DNA of 64,000 bases, taken from the IMG/VR virus record IMGVR_UViG_3300025085_000013, positions 1 through 64,000 of that record, one strand, 5' to 3'. Below the pieces are notes generated by a model. It saw only the letters and a list, made by a program, of their open reading frames with translations, was not told the DNA's origin and ran no database searches. The first letter of the stretch is position 1. Each line of letters begins with the position of its first letter. The translations under genes and the position numbers were made by a program. The DNA comes from an uncultured virus (IMG/VR IMGVR_UViG_3300025085_000013) (Duplodnaviria; Heunggongvirae; Uroviricota; Caudoviricetes). Positions 60,385 through 64,000 of the stretch are shown here, piece after piece.

Positions 60385-60944
60385 TTTTGTTTTATTAAAG
60401 TCGCCTTCATTTTTACCTCAGGTAAATCTTTATTAAGACTGTTTGCAATTTTTATATTTTCTTTATCATCATCAAAGAATTTAAAATTCCTAAATCCCAT
60501 TTGCACAAATTTCATAAAGGCATCTTTTTTCTTCTGTGCAGTAGAACCAGTAAACCCTAACGAAGGATCATTAATTGCAAAGATAAAATCAGGATTAACA
60601 TCAACACCGTTATGCATTAAAAAATCATAGATAAGTTTTGAATCGTCTCTCGCAGTAATAATACCTACAGCAGTACCTTTTGAAATTGTTCTTTTAAGAA
60701 TGTTAAAAACCCAATCAATTATTTTACCAGCCTTAAGAATTTCTAAATCCCTAAAGTCATTAAAATCAAACTTATCATGCGGCTTGGTTTTAAATGTATT
60801 AAATTCTTGTGGCGTAAGATCTATTTCATATCCTGTTTTTGGATTAAAAACTCTAATCTTACTTTTGGTTACAATCAAAGTATCATCAACATCAAAGACA
60901 GTTATATCTTTCCCCCACTTTCTATACTTCTCAAATAATTCCAT
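60354..60944 (-). CDS. HAD-superfamily phosphatase (PNKP 3'-phosphatase-like)
   Basis: FDVDDTL, ITAR and FFDDD motifs; start moved to the in-frame ATG at 60944 (MELFEKY). Confidence 0.75.
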   Translation of the reverse strand: MELFEKYRKWGKDITVFDVDDTLIVTKSKIRVFNPKTGYEIDLTPQEFNTFKTKPHDKFDFNDFRDLEILKAGKIIDWVFNILKRTISKGTAVGIITARDDSKLIYDFLMHNGVDVNPDFIFAINDPSLGFTGSTAQKKKDAFMKFVQMGFRNFKFFDDDKENIKIANSLNKDLPEVKMKATLIKQKWIPNFSDFK

Positions 60945-61003
60945 ACAATATATATTGGTTACTTTCTGTTGCATCACCACAGGTGAGATATGAAATGGAT
61001 ACA

Positions 61004-62326
61004 TTAACAATTTCTTCCATTTTCATATATATGTTTTACTACCGGGAATCTTAATGAATATCCACCATTCTGATTTTGACTTTCTTCAAAATATTGAACA
61101 GTTACAGTTTTACCAATTAGTTCATTATGATTATTAAGGTAATGTTCTCTTTGTTCTTTAGAGAATCCAGATCCAACACTTACTTTATTACCTTTATGTT
61201 CAATTATAATATTACTTAAACCTTCTTTCTCAACTTGTTTTCCATTTTCTGTCCATCGCATTGTACCGTTTATACATTCTAAAATTGTATATTCAGCATC
61301 ATGGAATTTTTTAACTTTTAAAAGATTATGACTTCTTTTACCTTCATAGCCAATATTCTTTCTAACCATGATTCCTTCAAACCCAGCCTCTTCGGCTTCT
61401 TTTGCCATTTCAGTAAATTGTTCTTCGGTAGTTAATTGTTCTTGTGGTAAGAATTCTAACATAGAAGATTTAATTTCTTCCGGTAAAATATCATAACCAT
61501 TCTTAAGTCTTTCAGTAAGAGGAGTAGTTCCAACCTTATCATCAAATTCATCTAAGGTTAAAAAATCAAATACAAAGAATTTAGGATTTTCAATTTGATG
61601 ATCCTTCTTTCTAATTTGTTTCATAATTCCTTGGAAGTCTTCATTACCATCTTTATCTACCATACAGATTTCTCCATCTAAAATAAAGTCTCCACCTATT
61701 TTAGAAATTTCATTTTCTAAATTACCTAAGGTAGTAAATTCTTTACCGTTCCTTGAAAAGAATGTTACAGTATTCATTTCTTTTCTACAGATACATCTTA
61801 CACCATCCAATTTTCTGGATCCGTACCATTCTCCACTTTGAAAATCTACTCTCTTAGGATTATATGCATTTGCTAAAGCGACTTTAAATGTTGGAATTAA
61901 ATCTGGGTGGACTGCCTTATTGATAGAGGTAGTACCACATCCCATATTAAGGTCTCGGTTTAGCATATAGTAAATAATATCTTCCCATTGTTTATTCTCT
62001 AGGACGAATCTATTTACATTTGCAATTGCAGTATGACCAGTGCATACCCTATTTCTTAAATCATCCAATAAGGTAAAGATACTACCGTATGTATTTGGGT
62101 GACCTAGTAAATCTGAATTCTTTTTACAATTCTTAGGAGTTACATTATACTTAAAATAAGGATTGTAGGTATAGAAGAAAACTTTCTGTAAGAATTCTCT
62201 ATCAGAATTTTCATCAGAGTTATCAGCATACTTTTTAAGAGTTGCAATTTTATGATTACCTGAAGAGGAAGATCGCATTTCATCCAAGAAGGATTGTAGA
62301 TAAGTAAGGTTTGTGTATTCAGTCAT
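61004..62326 (-). CDS. ATP-dependent DNA ligase
   Basis: KLDGVR, LDGE, EGIMVR and LLKVKK motifs; OB-fold GSGFS and LRFP. Confidence 0.95.
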   Translation of the reverse strand: MTEYTNLTYLQSFLDEMRSSSSGNHKIATLKKYADNSDENSDREFLQKVFFYTYNPYFKYNVTPKNCKKNSDLLGHPNTYGSIFTLLDDLRNRVCTGHTAIANVNRFVLENKQWEDIIYYMLNRDLNMGCGTTSINKAVHPDLIPTFKVALANAYNPKRVDFQSGEWYGSRKLDGVRCICRKEMNTVTFFSRNGKEFTTLGNLENEISKIGGDFILDGEICMVDKDGNEDFQGIMKQIRKKDHQIENPKFFVFDFLTLDEFDDKVGTTPLTERLKNGYDILPEEIKSSMLEFLPQEQLTTEEQFTEMAKEAEEAGFEGIMVRKNIGYEGKRSHNLLKVKKFHDAEYTILECINGTMRWTENGKQVEKEGLSNIIIEHKGNKVSVGSGFSKEQREHYLNNHNELIGKTVTVQYFEESQNQNGGYSLRFPVVKHIYENGRNC

Positions 62327-62409
62327 ATTCCGTTTATTTAATTATATTATAAATATAATAAAAATAATTGGGAATTGAAAATTTTGAAGCAGTTATTTTC
62401 AAAAAGTTA

Positions 62410-62661
62410 TTAACAATTTTTCAATTTGTCCTGTATCTCTTTAAGCTTTGCGCATTTTTCAAAATCCTCCCTTTCTTCAAAATGTAGTAAGATTTTGTCT
62501 AAACTTTTAACTCTATGCTTTGCAGTTTTTTCATCATATTGTAAAACCTGGTCTGGAAACATTATAATTGTATTATAACATAAATTCATATATTGATCCC
62601 AGCTCTGATTTTCTAACTGATCCAATAATGACTTCATAAATTCTTCGTCATTAATATCCAT
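62410..62661 (-). CDS. Small protein with a UVR-like C-terminal motif
   Basis: FEEREDFEKCAKLKE. Confidence 0.55.
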   Translation of the reverse strand: MDINDEEFMKSLLDQLENQSWDQYMNLCYNTIIMFPDQVLQYDEKTAKHRVKSLDKILLHFEEREDFEKCAKLKEIQDKLKNC

Positions 62662-63469
62662 CTTGTATATCTTTCATTTTTTTAACCAATGCTTCTTGTT
62701 CCTCAGATAATTGTTTAGGTAAATCTACTAGTATATTTACGAAAAAGTCACCTAAGATATTAGGATTATTATAAGCAGGAAATCCTTTACCTTTTATTCT
62801 AAGCATAGTACCGTTCTTAACACACTTAGGAATATTATAACTTATTGTTTTATCAAATACTTTTACTTCTCCCTTACCTCCAAGTAAAGCATCATATAAA
62901 CTTATATGCTTAATTGTATGCAAACCTTTTTGGTCCAAATAAAAATTAGGATCATCTTGTACTAATACAGTTAAAATAAGATCACCGCTTTGGTTTTCGG
63001 TCATGCCTCTTTGACCTAATCCTTTTAATCTCATTCTCTGCCCTGGCTTTACACCGCTTTTAATATCAACACTCACAACTCTTGTACCTACTCTTATTTC
63101 CCTACTACATCCAAAATAAGCTTCTTCTAAAGTAATGTAAACTTGTGCAGTAATATTACCACCTCTAGTATTAAATCCATATCTTTGGTTAAACATATTA
63201 GTAAAACCTGGATCATTTCCTGTTTTTATAAAGTCTTCAAAGAAACCTTCTTCAAATTTACCGAATGGGTTATTTGCAGCTTGATCATATTGTGATCTCT
63301 TTGTAGAATTACTTAAAGTTTCATATGCATCTGCAATTTCTTTAAACTTTTCTTCATTACCTTTAGACTTATCAGGGTGATATTCTTTGGCTAATTTTCT
63401 ATAAGCTTTTTTAATATCATTAGCAGTGGATGTTTTATCAACACCTAATATTTTGTAAGGGTCTTTCAT
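62651..63469 (-). CDS. DnaJ/CbpA-type co-chaperone (no zinc finger)
   Basis: J domain DPYKILGV...YHPDK; DnaJ C-terminal domain; ATG at 63469 overlaps the upstream stop (ATGA). Confidence 0.92.
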   Translation of the reverse strand: MKDPYKILGVDKTSTANDIKKAYRKLAKEYHPDKSKGNEEKFKEIADAYETLSNSTKRSQYDQAANNPFGKFEEGFFEDFIKTGNDPGFTNMFNQRYGFNTRGGNITAQVYITLEEAYFGCSREIRVGTRVVSVDIKSGVKPGQRMRLKGLGQRGMTENQSGDLILTVLVQDDPNFYLDQKGLHTIKHISLYDALLGGKGEVKVFDKTISYNIPKCVKNGTMLRIKGKGFPAYNNPNILGDFFVNILVDLPKQLSEEQEALVKKMKDIQDGY

Positions 63470-63810
63470 TTCCAAAATAACTGTATTCCTATTAAGCTAC
63501 ATGCTAAACACAGTGACACTATTGTTTTTGTGGTAATCCCTTCACCAAGAAAGTACCAAGTTAAAAATGTAAATGAAATAATCCCAGACCCAAAGGCGAT
63601 AAATCTACCTGGCCATAATAAACCATCATAGTATTCTACCATAAACCTGGTACCATAAATTAATATGTAACTAATTGCAGTTCCAAATAAAACTGAAACT
63701 GTTAATGGATTCTTTTTAAACCAAGGCCATACAAATTGACCATTAGTTTGAAACCATATTGCTGCCTGACCAGTAAAGAACAACAAAAATGCTAAAATTA
63801 ACTTATTCAT
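63466..63810 (-). CDS. Small four-helix membrane protein
   Basis: Four hydrophobic segments; SMR/DMT-like layout. Confidence 0.65.
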   Translation of the reverse strand: MNKLILAFLLFFTGQAAIWFQTNGQFVWPWFKKNPLTVSVLFGTAISYILIYGTRFMVEYYDGLLWPGRFIAFGSGIISFTFLTWYFLGEGITTKTIVSLCLACSLIGIQLFWK

Positions 63811-64000
63811 CTATATAATATTTATACCCCATCCTAACCATGTGATCCATGTGGCTTTCCATTTGTTTTGCAGTTATCCACACTGAAGGTTCTGGCTTTA
63901 CAATACCATCTTCTCTTTTATCAAAAGCTTTATTTAAAAACCATTTCTCTTTTTTACTTTCCCACCAAAACCATACCTTTTGCCATGATCTAGGTTTTTT
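63803..64000 (-). CDS. Hypothetical protein, 5' truncated by the window edge
   Basis: Open frame ...KKPRSWQKVWFWWESKKEKW...RMGYKYYIDE* ending at TAA 63803. Confidence 0.6.
   Translation of the reverse strand, partial: KKPRSWQKVWFWWESKKEKWFLNKAFDKREDGIVKPEPSVWITAKQMESHMDHMVRMGYKYYIDE

Noticed and set aside
1636..60993. All plus-strand ORFs in the track (60-166 aa)
   Set aside because: They lie wholly or largely antisense to long minus-strand genes, have no motifs, and are expected from codon bias.
60945..61010. N-terminal extension of the HAD ORF (MLMYPFH...)
   Set aside because: It overlaps the ligase stop; the ATG at 60944 places the DxD motif near the N-terminus.
1..64000. Stop-codon recoding, introns/inteins, tRNAs, DGR or other mobile elements
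   Set aside because: Core genes are full-length and of normal size under the standard code, with TAA, TGA and TAG all used as stops. I saw no RT, transposase, intein or cloverleaf by eye; tRNAscan was not run.

Overview
An AT-rich, gene-dense 64 kb segment of a large T4-like (jumbo) myovirus. Every credible gene is on the minus strand and the standard genetic code appears to be used. In transcription order (high to low coordinate) it holds: (1) DnaJ, DNA ligase, a HAD phosphatase and a dCMP deaminase; (2) a giant Gln/Thr collagen-like fibre and small hypotheticals; (3) a baseplate/neck module (gp53-, hub-, gp5-, gp13-, gp25-, gp6- and gp7-like) with ribosomal protein S1 and an amidoligase embedded in it; (4) large structural and fibre proteins, a spanin-like protein and a gp3-like protein; (5) a replication/recombination block (RuvC-like, GroES, gp32, primase, UvsY, UvsW); (6) a cluster of proteins with T4 internal-protein-like capsid-targeting and cleavage motifs, including three nucleotidyltransferase-fold enzymes; (7) a second collagen fibre gene running off the left edge. 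A-rich leaders without Shine-Dalgarno sequences suggest a Bacteroidota host (inference). The strongest leads are the apparently capsid-packaged, protease-processed nucleotidyltransferase/nuclease cluster, a periodic GGCA array in the long ssb leader, a position-conserved late promoter motif, and identical DNA shared by two distant collagen genes. All assignments come from reading motifs by eye; no database search was run.
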